Origin: an uncultured Gammaproteobacteria bacterium
GTDB taxonomy: Bacteria; Patescibacteriota; Microgenomatia; UBA8517
DNA: 64,000 nucleotides
Direction: 5' to 3'
Assembly (NCBI GenBank): GCA_964635715.1
Contig: CAZWNZ010000001.1
Location: 344,274-408,273 of the forward strand
The stretch's first letter is position 1. Each line of letters opens with the position of its first letter. A model generated the notes under the pieces. The model searched no databases, was not told where the DNA came from, and saw only the letters and a program-made list of their open reading frames with translations. Made by a program: the position numbers and the translations under genes. Below, piece by piece: positions 35,899 through 45,127 of the stretch.

Positions 35899-35924
35899 AC
35901 ACTTACTTTCAAGATTATTTACCC

Positions 35925-36827
35925 ATGCGAAAATTATTTTCTTTATTGTTTGTCATGGTTTTAGGTTTGAGCTTGCTCAAACCGGTGTCTGTGGTGGCAA
36001 AAACAATTACTCCTGAGCCAGTAGCTTCCGAATCGGCTACGGCCACAATTTCCGCTTCACCAACTTCCACTCCGGTTGAAGTACCAGTGGATATTACCCA
36101 AAAAAGTACCGAGTCTCTCGGTCCGCTTGAACTAATGCTGGAAAACCAAGTATTAGGCAAGATTTGGCCATTCAATCCCATTAAATATGCCATTCGTGGA
36201 GCGGTCGGGACCGGTGTTCCGGCCAACACCATAGTATTACTACTGCTTTTGCCGATAGTTACTTTTATAATTGCCTTCTCCCGCAATGTTGTTGGAATTA
36301 GAGGTTTTGGTATTTTTCTTCCGGCTGCACTCTCGGTTGTGTTTGTGGCAACAGGTCCCGTTGTGGGAATAGGACTATTTCTGATAATTGTTGCTGTATC
36401 GACAATGGTGCGTATGGTTCTTAGGAGATTTAAAATAAAACTACAGTATTTACCAAGGATGTCGTTTATTCTTTGGGCAGTGGTTGTCGGGGTATTGGGA
36501 ATTTTGTTTTTGGCACCTGTAATCAATTTCCCTGCGTTAGCCAATGTCTCTATCTTTGCAGTTTTGGTTTTAATATTACTTGCTGAAGAATTTAACCGGG
36601 CGCAGCTTGGTAAAAGTGCCAAAACTGCAGTTAATATTACTTTTGAGACTTTAGTATTGTCACTTATTTCGTATGGATTTTTAATCCTCCAACCAATGCG
36701 CGAATTTGTACTTTTAAACCCTGAAATATCCCTTGTTTTGGTTGGTGTTTCAGACCTTATTTTAGGCAAATATACAGGACTTAGAGTAATGGAATACTAC
36801 AGATTTAGAAAACTCATACGAGCTTAA
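35925..36827 (+). CDS. Seven-TM membrane protein (7TM domain of the kind associated with ATP-grasp peptide ligases) with Ser/Thr/Pro-rich N-terminal ectodomain
   Basis: Signal-like N-terminus, S/T/P-rich ~80-aa segment, then seven hydrophobic helices with a conserved-looking EEFNRAQLGKS loop. First gene of an operon with three ATP-grasp genes. Confidence 0.6.
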   Translation: MRKLFSLLFVMVLGLSLLKPVSVVAKTITPEPVASESATATISASPTSTPVEVPVDITQKSTESLGPLELMLENQVLGKIWPFNPIKYAIRGAVGTGVPANTIVLLLLLPIVTFIIAFSRNVVGIRGFGIFLPAALSVVFVATGPVVGIGLFLIIVAVSTMVRMVLRRFKIKLQYLPRMSFILWAVVVGVLGILFLAPVINFPALANVSIFAVLVLILLAEEFNRAQLGKSAKTAVNITFETLVLSLISYGFLILQPMREFVLLNPEISLVLVGVSDLILGKYTGLRVMEYYRFRKLIRA

Positions 36828-36839
36828 ATTTAGAATTAA

Positions 36840-38156
36840 ATGAAAGTTTCATCAATTTTAGGCCTTAACGGCAGGACTCAATTATTTGCCTACAAATACA
36901 ATACTAAACGTGGCAAAAATATTGCCAATTCAAAAATTCAGACATCAAGAGTGTTGAAGAAAGAAGGTATTCCTAGCCCGAAAATTTATAAAAAGTTTAC
37001 AGATCCGAGACAAGTTGTTGAATTTGATTGGGGAAGCTTACCTGACAGGTTTGCCCTCAAACCTAGCCGTGGGATGGGTGGAGAAGGAATTATTGTTGTA
37101 AAGAAAAAAATTACAGACAAAAAGATACTCAAGTTTGCCAAAGGTTCTATTTGGATAACCACAAATAAAGAGAGAATTACGGCCGACGACCTTAAGCTTC
37201 ATATTTTGGACATTCTGGAAGGAGCTTATTCTATGGGAAATATTCCTGATGTGGCTTTTATTCAGGAATATGTAGGCAGGGCAGAGGTATTTAGGAAATG
37301 GGCATATCGTGGAACTCCTGATATTAGAATAATTGTTTTTAATAAAATTCCGGTAATGGCAATGCTCAGGCTTCCTACAAAGGAGTCGGGAGGCCGTGCC
37401 AACCTACATCAGGGTGCTATCGGAGTTGGGATAGATATTGCAACTGGAATTACTACCAAAGCCATTTGGCATGGGGATGAAATTGTATTCAAACCCGGCA
37501 CCGAAAGGAAACTTCGAGGAATAAAAATACCCAGTTGGAACACCATCTTGGAAACAGCTGTAAACACTCAAATATCCTCCGGCTTGGGATATGCCGGCAT
37601 TGATATCGTTCTTCATCCGGAAAAAGGTCCGATGGTTTTGGAAATTAATGCTCAACCTGGGCTTCAGATTCAGTTGGCTAATATGGAGGGGCTTAAAAAA
37701 CGTCTGGAGAGGATCGAGGATTTAGATGTTGCTGATGCAGAACATGGAGTTATGATAGCCAAGGCTATTTTTGCCGGAAGATTTGAAAATAGAAAAGCCG
37801 TCGAGGAGGGTATAAAAACTATTAAAAATGATGAGATTGTAAAGATAGTAATCCCAGGCAGACGTAAAATTGAAGTGGCAGCCAAGATTGACACAGGAGC
37901 TTGGAGAAGTTCCATAGATAAGACTTTTGCTGAGAAAAATGGTTTGCTAAAAGAAGATAATATTCTTTGGACAAAAGTTTTTAAAAGTTCATTGGGGTCT
38001 GAAGAGCGTCCGGTAATAAACATCAAATTTTATCTTGCAGGAAAAAAGATTGAAACGATCGCATCGGTTTCAAATAGACGCGGACTTAAAAAAGTGTTTA
38101 TAATCGGAAGACGCGATTTGCAGGGATTTCTGGTTAAAGTGGATGATCATAAATAA
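36840..38156 (+). CDS. ATP-grasp ligase (RimK-like, sugar-transfer-associated type) fused to C-terminal retropepsin-like (putative ATP-dependent zinc protease) domain
   Basis: ATP-grasp segments FALKPSRGMGGEGI, RIIVFNKIPVMAMLRLPTKESGGRANLHQGAIGVGID and GIDIVLHPEKGPMVLEINAQPGL. The C-terminal KIVIPGRRKIEVAAKIDTGAWRSSID matches the retropepsin-like domain found with RimK-type enzymes. Confidence 0.78.
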   Translation: MKVSSILGLNGRTQLFAYKYNTKRGKNIANSKIQTSRVLKKEGIPSPKIYKKFTDPRQVVEFDWGSLPDRFALKPSRGMGGEGIIVVKKKITDKKILKFAKGSIWITTNKERITADDLKLHILDILEGAYSMGNIPDVAFIQEYVGRAEVFRKWAYRGTPDIRIIVFNKIPVMAMLRLPTKESGGRANLHQGAIGVGIDIATGITTKAIWHGDEIVFKPGTERKLRGIKIPSWNTILETAVNTQISSGLGYAGIDIVLHPEKGPMVLEINAQPGLQIQLANMEGLKKRLERIEDLDVADAEHGVMIAKAIFAGRFENRKAVEEGIKTIKNDEIVKIVIPGRRKIEVAAKIDTGAWRSSIDKTFAEKNGLLKEDNILWTKVFKSSLGSEERPVINIKFYLAGKKIETIASVSNRRGLKKVFIIGRRDLQGFLVKVDDHK

Positions 38157-38163
38157 CTAAAAA

Positions 38164-39072
38164 ATGAAAAAAATATTGATTCTGGTTGGGATAAAAGGAC
38201 CAAAAAAAGAACTTTTCGTTTCAGAAATTTCTGAAAGAATCGGCAAGGATGTTGAAATTACCTTAGCAGAATTTTCTGATTTATATTTTTCCATTTCTGA
38301 AAAAAACATAGATGTTGAGATAAATGACGTTCCTATTACCGACTTTAATTTGGTTTATTTCAGACGTGCAGGTGGAGGTTTTTCGATTATGGCAGCGACG
38401 CTTGCAACATGTTTAAAAGCCAAAAATATTAAATTTATCGACTCTTCTTGGGGTGAGATTGGACCTCTCGGTAGTAAATTTACGTCATTAGTGAAACTTA
38501 GTGTTCTCGGTCTTCCTATCATTAAAAGCATTTATGTCCGTCAAAAACAAATAGAAAAATATAAAGAAAGAATAGTCACAGAATTAGGTTTTCCACTTGT
38601 TGCCAAAGAGCTTTCAATGCAAAAAGGTAAAGGAGTTTACAAGATAGAATCTATAAAAGATTTTGAAAATCTTCCGGTGAAATCTTTGAGCGGATCAGAT
38701 AACCAATTTCTTTTTCAAGAGTATAAAAATTTGGGTGATGAATACAGGGTTTTGGTACTAGGTCAGAAAGTTGGAGTTTGGGAGAAAAAAATCCTGACAG
38801 TTGAAGGAGAATTCCGACACAACGTTTCTCTGGGTGCAACGGAAGAGTTTTTACCATTAGAAAAAATTCCCGAAGAACTGGCTACAATTGCCACTGATGC
38901 TGCAAGAAAATTAAATTTGCAAATAGCAGGTGTTGATATTGCAGAAGACAAACTTACCGGTAAGTATTATTTGATTGAAGTTAACAGGGGACCTGGCTTT
39001 ACATATGATACAGAGGTTTCTCCGGAAATGGATCAGATTGCAAGATTTTTAAGGGAGGAGGCAGGTAGTTAA
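38164..39072 (+). CDS. RimK-family ATP-grasp ligase
   Basis: EYRVLVLGQKVGVWEKK...FRHNVSLGA...QIAGVDIA...YYLIEVNRGPGF parallels RimK motifs. Confidence 0.78.
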   Translation: MKKILILVGIKGPKKELFVSEISERIGKDVEITLAEFSDLYFSISEKNIDVEINDVPITDFNLVYFRRAGGGFSIMAATLATCLKAKNIKFIDSSWGEIGPLGSKFTSLVKLSVLGLPIIKSIYVRQKQIEKYKERIVTELGFPLVAKELSMQKGKGVYKIESIKDFENLPVKSLSGSDNQFLFQEYKNLGDEYRVLVLGQKVGVWEKKILTVEGEFRHNVSLGATEEFLPLEKIPEELATIATDAARKLNLQIAGVDIAEDKLTGKYYLIEVNRGPGFTYDTEVSPEMDQIARFLREEAGS

Positions 39073-40023
39073 ATGGTAAATAAAAAAATTGGAATAATGT
39101 TTTCCCGCGAATTTGAAGGCATTGCTCCGTTGGGACACATTGGTATCAAGAACCCTGTTTACGTTCGGCTTCTTGAATTGTGCAGGAATAAGGGTTGGGA
39201 AGTATATGTGTTGACAGGAAAAACTTACCAAGGTAACGGAATTTTCAATGGCGTTTGGCGTTTTGAAGATGGAAAATTTGCTCAGGTTTTAACCCCGACT
39301 AAAATTGATTTGGTTTATGATAGGTCCGGCGGAGTAAAGTTTCCTCCGGAGAAAGACAAAAGTTTGATTTGGGTAAATAGACGCGACTTTAAACTTCTCG
39401 CATGGGATAAGTTTGCTACATCAAAAGTGATTGGGGAGTATATGCCTCAGACTTATGACATAGGGAGTAAAGAAGATTTGCCGGAAATATTGAGTAAAAT
39501 AAAAACTGATTGGGTAGTTCTTAAACCGTTTAATGGTCTTAAGGGAATTGGGATTTTCATCGGATCAAAAGATAATGCATTGGAATTTGAATTTGATGGA
39601 AAATATAATCATTATGTTGCTCAGGAATTTGTTGACACAAGCGGGGGATTAACTGGAATCACGTCGGGAATGCACGACCTCAGAATTGTGGTTGTGAATG
39701 GGAATCCTGTTTGGTGTCACGTTAGAGTTCCTGTTGACGGGAGCTTTTTGGCAAATGCAGCACAGGGAGGGAATTTGACAGAAGTTGAGTATAACAATGT
39801 TCCTCAGTCTATTAAAGAAGTTGTCAAAAAAGTTTCCACCATTTTTACGTCAAATTATGACAATCCTCTATACAGTTTGGATTTTGGAGTTGATAAAGGA
39901 GGACGTCCATACATTTTTGAGATAAATGATCAGATGGGTTTCCCGAAATGGGAAATGAACAAAAGAGATAATTTTTTGAACGGTCTTGTGGAGAATTTTA
40001 GATTAAAACTTGCAGGGGAGTGA
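39073..40023 (+). CDS. ATP-grasp ligase (third paralog)
   Basis: VLKPFNGLKGIGIFIG, DLRIVVVNGNPVWCHVRVPVDGSFLANAAQGGNLTEV and YIFEINDQMGFP; start overlaps the upstream stop. Confidence 0.7.
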   Translation: MVNKKIGIMFSREFEGIAPLGHIGIKNPVYVRLLELCRNKGWEVYVLTGKTYQGNGIFNGVWRFEDGKFAQVLTPTKIDLVYDRSGGVKFPPEKDKSLIWVNRRDFKLLAWDKFATSKVIGEYMPQTYDIGSKEDLPEILSKIKTDWVVLKPFNGLKGIGIFIGSKDNALEFEFDGKYNHYVAQEFVDTSGGLTGITSGMHDLRIVVVNGNPVWCHVRVPVDGSFLANAAQGGNLTEVEYNNVPQSIKEVVKKVSTIFTSNYDNPLYSLDFGVDKGGRPYIFEINDQMGFPKWEMNKRDNFLNGLVENFRLKLAGE

Positions 40024-40035
40024 TAATATTGTTTT

Positions 40036-40632
40036 ATGACTGAAAACAAAACAGAAAGATCATTTGAAGAAAGACAAACGGAACTTATAGAAAAGTTTAA
40101 AGATATTGGTAAGATGAATCCAAAAGAGGTTGAAGATAAGGATGTACCTGGCATTGATCAGCAATTAGTAAGAGGAATTTTAGTTGAATTAGGTGCAAGT
40201 TTGGAGGTCTCAGATGAAGCGAAAAAATCTTTAAGAAAATACAAAAATAGAGGCAAGAGATTTGGTCTTAATATTGTGTGGGGAGAAGAAAAGATTGATG
40301 TGTTTGAAGAGTGGGTAATAAAAGATTTTATTCCACAATATGAGAAGAAGGTTGGAAAAGAATTGCGTACTTTGTGGGACAAAGGTACACAAACTTTTGA
40401 TGACAATAAGCATTCCGGAATGATGCAATTTTTGGGTGAACTGACGGCGTATGGTGTTGGAGAAATGTCACCTGAGGAATATAAAACAAGAACTAGAAAT
40501 AGACTGTACAAAGGATTTAAGTTTGAATACGGTGATCCTTACGAGCCCCATAAACCAACCAAAAATTCTTCTATTCCACCTGAATTTCCTCAGGCAGCCT
40601 TAAATTATCTGGCTAGCCATAAGGCCGTGTAA
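40036..40632 (+). CDS. Hypothetical protein, last gene of the ATP-grasp operon
   Basis: 198 aa, charged, no recognisable motif; co-oriented 12 nt after the third ATP-grasp gene. Confidence 0.45.
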   Translation: MTENKTERSFEERQTELIEKFKDIGKMNPKEVEDKDVPGIDQQLVRGILVELGASLEVSDEAKKSLRKYKNRGKRFGLNIVWGEEKIDVFEEWVIKDFIPQYEKKVGKELRTLWDKGTQTFDDNKHSGMMQFLGELTAYGVGEMSPEEYKTRTRNRLYKGFKFEYGDPYEPHKPTKNSSIPPEFPQAALNYLASHKAV

Positions 40633-40744
40633 TAGGATTTATACATGCTTTTTGAATAAATTTTATATCCTTCAAATCGTGTGAAAGTAGATGTTTTCAC
40701 ACTCCAAACTAAATGCGAAGATATACTCCGTAATTTTAGCGGAA

Positions 40745-40782
40745 ATTTAACCCCACAAAAAATCCCGCCTTTTTAGTGCGGG
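40745..40782. terminator. Bidirectional rho-independent terminator (hairpin ATCCCGC-9nt-GCGGGAT flanked by A-run/T-run)
   Basis: aaaaaatcccgcctttttagtgcgggatctttt; serves the + operon and rplL on the minus strand. Confidence 0.55.
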
Positions 40783-40857
40783 ATCTTTTATTATAGAGCA
40801 TTTACACAATCCCTCGAATTAATATAAATTCTCGGGACGCTCGGGTTGAATTAAGAA

Positions 40858-41265
40858 TTATTTTAATTCAACCTTTGCGCCTGCTGCTGTAAGTTTTTCA
40901 GAGGCTGCTTTTGCATCTTCTGCTTTAGCATCCTTCATAACTTCAGCCGGTACAGTGTCAGTCATCCCTTTTGCGTCCATTAAAGTTAAGTTAGGATTTA
41001 TCTCTCTTAAAGCTTTAATAACAGCAATTTTATTTGCTCCTGCATCTGTCATGACGACAGTTTTATTAGCACCACCTTCATCTGCTGCTGGTGCTTCTCC
41101 TGCTGCTGCCGGAGCTGCTGCTGCGGCTACGGGTAAGCTAGCAGAGACACCAAGCTTATCTTGTAAAGCGGTGACAAGTTCTGAAAGTTCCAAAACACTA
41201 AGTTTAGAAACTTCCTCAACCATTTTTTCGACTTTCTCTGATACTTTCTTTGTTTCTTCTGCCAT
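40858..41265 (-). CDS. rplL: 50S ribosomal protein L7/L12
   Basis: Ala-rich hinge and C-terminal domain KIAVIKALREI...GAKVELK. Confidence 0.92.
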   Translation of the reverse strand: MAEETKKVSEKVEKMVEEVSKLSVLELSELVTALQDKLGVSASLPVAAAAAPAAAGEAPAADEGGANKTVVMTDAGANKIAVIKALREINPNLTLMDAKGMTDTVPAEVMKDAKAEDAKAASEKLTAAGAKVELK

Positions 41266-41291
41266 TATATTTTCACCTCCAATTCCTCAAT

Positions 41292-41810
41292 TTATTTCTT
41301 ACTGGCTTGGTCTAAAACGTAAACCAGCTTTTGTAAATTGCCATTTAAAGTTCCAACGAGTCCATATTGCAATCCCATAAGTGTTCCAAGAACTTGTGAT
41401 AACAAACCATCACGTCCGGGGAGAGTGGCAAGCTTGGACAAAGACTCTTTATCTTGGAAAGATCCTTCTACGACTCCGACTTTAAAATTCGGAACCTCAA
41501 ATTCTTTGGAAAATTTCCCTAAAACCTGAATGGGTGCGACAGGATCATCTGTGGCAATAATAAGAGCGGTTTGGCCTGTAAGAATATCTCCATCCAAGTC
41601 CTTACTTTTAAATCCGGCTGATTCTAAAGATCGGGAAAGAAGAGTATTTTTGACAACAACCATTTTTCCACCAACTTCGGAAAGTCGGGATTTAAGTTCC
41701 TGTTGGGGTTTAACTGCAAGTCCTGCATAGTTAACCAAAACGACAGATTTTGCGTCTTTTAACTCTGCTTTTAGATTGTCTACAAAAAATACTTTTTCTG
41801 CTTTTTTCAT
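41292..41810 (-). CDS. rplJ: 50S ribosomal protein L10
   Basis: 172 aa, conserved position upstream of rplL; L10-like N-terminal KKAEKVFFVDNLKAELKDAKSVVLVNYAGL. Confidence 0.88.
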   Translation of the reverse strand: MKKAEKVFFVDNLKAELKDAKSVVLVNYAGLAVKPQQELKSRLSEVGGKMVVVKNTLLSRSLESAGFKSKDLDGDILTGQTALIIATDDPVAPIQVLGKFSKEFEVPNFKVGVVEGSFQDKESLSKLATLPGRDGLLSQVLGTLMGLQYGLVGTLNGNLQKLVYVLDQASKK

Positions 41811-41971
41811 GGTTCGATTAGTTCTAACTCAAAAAAAATCGCTCCCTGGGGAGCGACCTAGATACCAGTTTTTAACGACTAGCTTCTAATTCATTCCTCC
41901 AGCGCGGCTTGGTTTGTATGCACGCTTTCTTCGGATTCTGCTATTCTAACAAAACCTTACACAAAAATCAA

Positions 41972-42754
41972 TTAATTGATTTTGATTTTGGCAGCCGGAC
42001 TCATCGTTGATTTTAAAAATACCCTTACAATTTGCTTGTCGCCGCCAAGGACTTTTATAATCGCTTCAATATTTTCGACTATTTCTTCATCCTTTTGACT
42101 TACCTTTCCGACTACTGTATGGACAAGAGGAGCTTCTCTCTCTGTTTTTAATGTTATTGTTGATGTTGAAAAAGAATTCAATTTTTTGGGATCATTAACT
42201 AATGTTCCGTTTTTGGGATTTGGCATAAGTCCTTTGGGGCCAAGAAGTCTCGCAAAAGGAACAAGTTTAGGCATCATATCGGCAGTTGCGACAAGAACAT
42301 CAAAATCAATTTTACCAAGCTTTAATTTTTCAATTGTTTCTTCACTCGCAATTTCAACTTTTTTAACTTTTCCTGCTTGGTGGGGAAGATTAGTCTGAGC
42401 TGATATTCCGGTTTTTTTCATTACCAAATGAAGTTCCATTGTTCCATCGAATTTAGAATAGGAAGTCTTTTTAACAAGTGCTACTGCCTCTGAAATTTTG
42501 TGGTACTTTTCGTGGTCAAGACCAGCCTTGGCTTCTATATATTTCTTGCCACGTACCTTTTCGACAATTTTTTTAATTTGTTTAGAGCTTTCTTGCCCAC
42601 TTGTTGCTTCAGTAGAGGATGATGGGTCAACAGGAGCTGCTTCGACAATTTTTACTCTCTCGCCACCTTTAAGTCCACTCAAGTGAACCTTTTCTTGCTT
42701 TTTATCTTTCTTGTTTTCGTCCTCTCCGACGAATTTTGTTTTCATTTTTCCCAT
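41972..42754 (-). CDS. rplA: 50S ribosomal protein L1 with Lys-rich N-terminal extension
   Basis: GPKGLMPNPKNGTL and the overall L1 pattern, plus ~40 extra N-terminal residues. Confidence 0.88.
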   Translation of the reverse strand: MGKMKTKFVGEDENKKDKKQEKVHLSGLKGGERVKIVEAAPVDPSSSTEATSGQESSKQIKKIVEKVRGKKYIEAKAGLDHEKYHKISEAVALVKKTSYSKFDGTMELHLVMKKTGISAQTNLPHQAGKVKKVEIASEETIEKLKLGKIDFDVLVATADMMPKLVPFARLLGPKGLMPNPKNGTLVNDPKKLNSFSTSTITLKTEREAPLVHTVVGKVSQKDEEIVENIEAIIKVLGGDKQIVRVFLKSTMSPAAKIKIN

Positions 42755-42756
42755 AA

Positions 42757-43179
42757 TTACTCTGTTTTTACCCCCATACTTCTCGCTGTTCCTTCTACAA
42801 TTTTCATTGCTGCTTCAACGTCTTTGGTGTTTAAGTCAACTAGCTTATCTTCCGCAATTTTTCTGACCTGATCTTTTGTCAAAGTTCCGGCGACTTCCTT
42901 TGGCATTTTTCCACTGCCTTTTTCAATTCCCAAAGTCTTTTTGATCATGTCGGAAACGGGAGCTTTTTTGATGATAAAGTCGAAGCTTCTGTCTTCATAA
43001 ATTGTAATAACGGCCGGAACAACCTGGCCTTTCATATCAGCGGTTTTATCGTTATAAGCTTTGACAAAGTCCATAATGGAAACTCCATGCTGTCCGAGAG
43101 CTGTTCCAACAGGAGGAGCGGGGGTTGCGGTCCCTGCATGTAAATTGATTTTAACGATTGTTTTAACCTTTTTAGCCAT
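42757..43179 (-). CDS. rplK: 50S ribosomal protein L11
   Basis: MAKKVKTIVKINLHAGTATPAPPVGTALGQHGV is the L11 N-terminal signature. Confidence 0.93.
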   Translation of the reverse strand: MAKKVKTIVKINLHAGTATPAPPVGTALGQHGVSIMDFVKAYNDKTADMKGQVVPAVITIYEDRSFDFIIKKAPVSDMIKKTLGIEKGSGKMPKEVAGTLTKDQVRKIAEDKLVDLNTKDVEAAMKIVEGTARSMGVKTE

Positions 43180-43339
43180 TTTAGTAATTTAGAAATTCCA
43201 AGCGAAAGAGAGCAATTTATTGCGAAGCTTTCGACTTGGTTAGTCTCCCTCAAATTTAATCGAGGTAGAAGTATTATAGCAAGAGAGTATAATTTAATCA
43301 AATAGTTGACGGCGACAAAATTCTCGATAATATATAAAT

Positions 43340-43999
43340 ATGTCAGATGGTTCTAATCAGGAAATAACAAGAAGGGATTTTTTAAAGATATTGGGAATTG
43401 GTACAACAGCCGCAGCGACAGCAGCTGTTATTTCAGCTTGTGAAAAAGTTACCTCTGAGAACACACCTTCACATGTAGAACTTGCAACAGGGGACAAGGC
43501 ATCTTTATCCATTAGTGGTCAGGAAGGCAAGAAAGAAATTACGTTTCGATATTCTGACCAATTTCTTCCCGATAAATTGCAGACATACAAGAATGGGGAA
43601 GAGTTTGTGGCTAAACCGTTTCAAAATGGTGCAGAGACAACCAGATGGTTGGGTGAGATAACAGAACTCAAGATTTCTCATATTGAAGGTATAAATCCTG
43701 ATTTGGCTGATGTGGTAAAAGATGTTGGCATATATCCGCTGACAACTGGACCTAAAAATAACGGAACCGGTAGAAAAGGACTATCAGAATTTGCAGATCT
43801 TTATGCAATACCTGTTATTGTTTCGGGGCCAGCCACCGAGTATTACGGGATTGACAATCCTCCTTTAGAGAAAAATATTCATTACAAGGATGATATTAAA
43901 GAGTTTGGTTTGGGGCTGGCCGTTGGGGTTCTTGATAGTACCAACCAGTTTTTTATGCAAGGCTATATTTGCGACGCCAGAGCGGTGGCTTTGAGTTAA
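43340..43999 (+). CDS. Predicted Tat-signal lipoprotein, unknown function
   Basis: N-terminal twin-arginine motif TRRDFLKILGIGTTAAATAAVISAC, with a lipobox-like ISAC. Confidence 0.55.
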   Translation: MSDGSNQEITRRDFLKILGIGTTAAATAAVISACEKVTSENTPSHVELATGDKASLSISGQEGKKEITFRYSDQFLPDKLQTYKNGEEFVAKPFQNGAETTRWLGEITELKISHIEGINPDLADVVKDVGIYPLTTGPKNNGTGRKGLSEFADLYAIPVIVSGPATEYYGIDNPPLEKNIHYKDDIKEFGLGLAVGVLDSTNQFFMQGYICDARAVALS

Positions 44000-44015
44000 A
44001 ATTACCCGATTCGAT

Positions 44016-44219
44016 TTATTTTGAAGTTGGATTTTCTTCTTCCTCTTTAATCCTTCGTCCCTCAATAGCACCTTCTATATATGCTTTTTGTTTTTCGGGA
44101 TCCTCGTTGATAAGTTTTTGAATAGCCTCGACGGGTTTAGTTCCGGTTAGTTCATGAATTTTTCCGGAAGTACGAAGACTGTCGAGATTTTTTTTGTCAT
44201 TTTGTTCTTGTTCTGACAT
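44016..44219 (-). CDS. Hypothetical small charged protein
   Basis: 67-aa ORF co-oriented downstream of nusG; no motif. Confidence 0.3.
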   Translation of the reverse strand: MSEQEQNDKKNLDSLRTSGKIHELTGTKPVEAIQKLINEDPEKQKAYIEGAIEGRRIKEEEENPTSK

Positions 44220-44252
44220 TTTAGATTTTTATCACCCTTATGGATTAAAATT

Positions 44253-44876
44253 CTAGACCTTTTGTATTTGCAGGAAATCAAGCTCTACCGGAGTTTCGCG
44301 GCCGAAAATGGAAACTAAAACTTTAACCTTGCCTTTTTCATCGTCAATTTCGTGAATTGTACCGAGGAAATCAGAGAAAGGTCCATCAACAATTTTAATT
44401 GCCTCACCAACTGTAAACTTGGTTTTAAATCTGGGTGCGGGGGAGCTAATGAATTTTTCAATATTGGCAACTTCAGTTTCAGAAAGAGGGGTTGGTTTAT
44501 TTCCTGCTCCTACAAAGCCGGTAATTCCTGCTGTGGTTCTAACAGCAAGCCAGGTCGGGTCATCAAGTATCATTTTAACAAGAAGATAACCGGGGAAAAT
44601 CTTTTCTTTGATGGTAGCTTTTTTACCACTTCTTATGATAACTCTGTCTTGGGTTGGAACAAGCATTTCAAATACACGTCCATCAAGGTTCATAGTTTCA
44701 ACTCTTTGTTTGAGAGTATCCATAACACGCATCTCATGACCGGAACTGGTATGAACAACATACCATTTAGCATTAGGGTCGGTAGTTTGGGATATAGTAA
44801 TGTGACCCTGAATCTTCTTGCCTCCAGTGCCACGTTCAGCAACCACACTTTCCGGTTGATTGGTGTCTTGTTTCAT
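44253..44876 (-). CDS. nusG: Transcription termination/antitermination factor NusG (with N-terminal extension)
   Basis: NGN domain KWYVVHTSSGHE and KOW motif VGEAIKIVDGPFSDFLGTI; immediately downstream of secE. Confidence 0.9.
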   Translation of the reverse strand: MKQDTNQPESVVAERGTGGKKIQGHITISQTTDPNAKWYVVHTSSGHEMRVMDTLKQRVETMNLDGRVFEMLVPTQDRVIIRSGKKATIKEKIFPGYLLVKMILDDPTWLAVRTTAGITGFVGAGNKPTPLSETEVANIEKFISSPAPRFKTKFTVGEAIKIVDGPFSDFLGTIHEIDDEKGKVKVLVSIFGRETPVELDFLQIQKV

Positions 44877-44877
44877 A

Positions 44878-45063
44878 TTAATTGGTTAATATTTTAGTTA
44901 ATACAGACGTAAACAAATAATCAAGTCCTCCTATATAAAATCCTACTATTAACGAGACCAAAATTATAATACCCGTAAGTCTTACGACTTCGTCTTTCTT
45001 TGGCCAGGTAACTTTGGAAAGTTCACTTTTTACTTCTGAAAAGAAAGTAACAACTGATTTCAT
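44878..45063 (-). CDS. secE: Preprotein translocase subunit SecE
   Basis: 61 aa, single TM (IIILVSLIVGFYIGGLDYLF), KVTWPKKDEV motif, adjacent to nusG. Confidence 0.8.
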   Translation of the reverse strand: MKSVVTFFSEVKSELSKVTWPKKDEVVRLTGIIILVSLIVGFYIGGLDYLFTSVLTKILTN

Positions 45064-45127
45064 CTAGACGTGAATTGTATCAAATTATTTCGAGACGCAC
45101 AAGATAGATTGTGTTTGAATGTTATAA

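Noticed and set aside
40955-41380. Plus-strand 141-aa Ala-rich ORF antisense to rplL
   Set aside because: It is the mirror image of the Ala-rich L7/L12 hinge; the ribosomal gene is clearly the real one.
41811-41971. L10 (rplJ) leader / autoregulatory RNA between rplA and rplJ
   Set aside because: A GCTCCCTGGGGAGCG hairpin is present and the location is right. I could not verify the conserved L10-leader secondary structure without a covariance model, so I did not call it as a feature.
44352-44897. Plus-strand 181-aa ORF antisense to nusG
   Set aside because: nusG on the minus strand has NGN and KOW motifs. The antisense ORF has no support.
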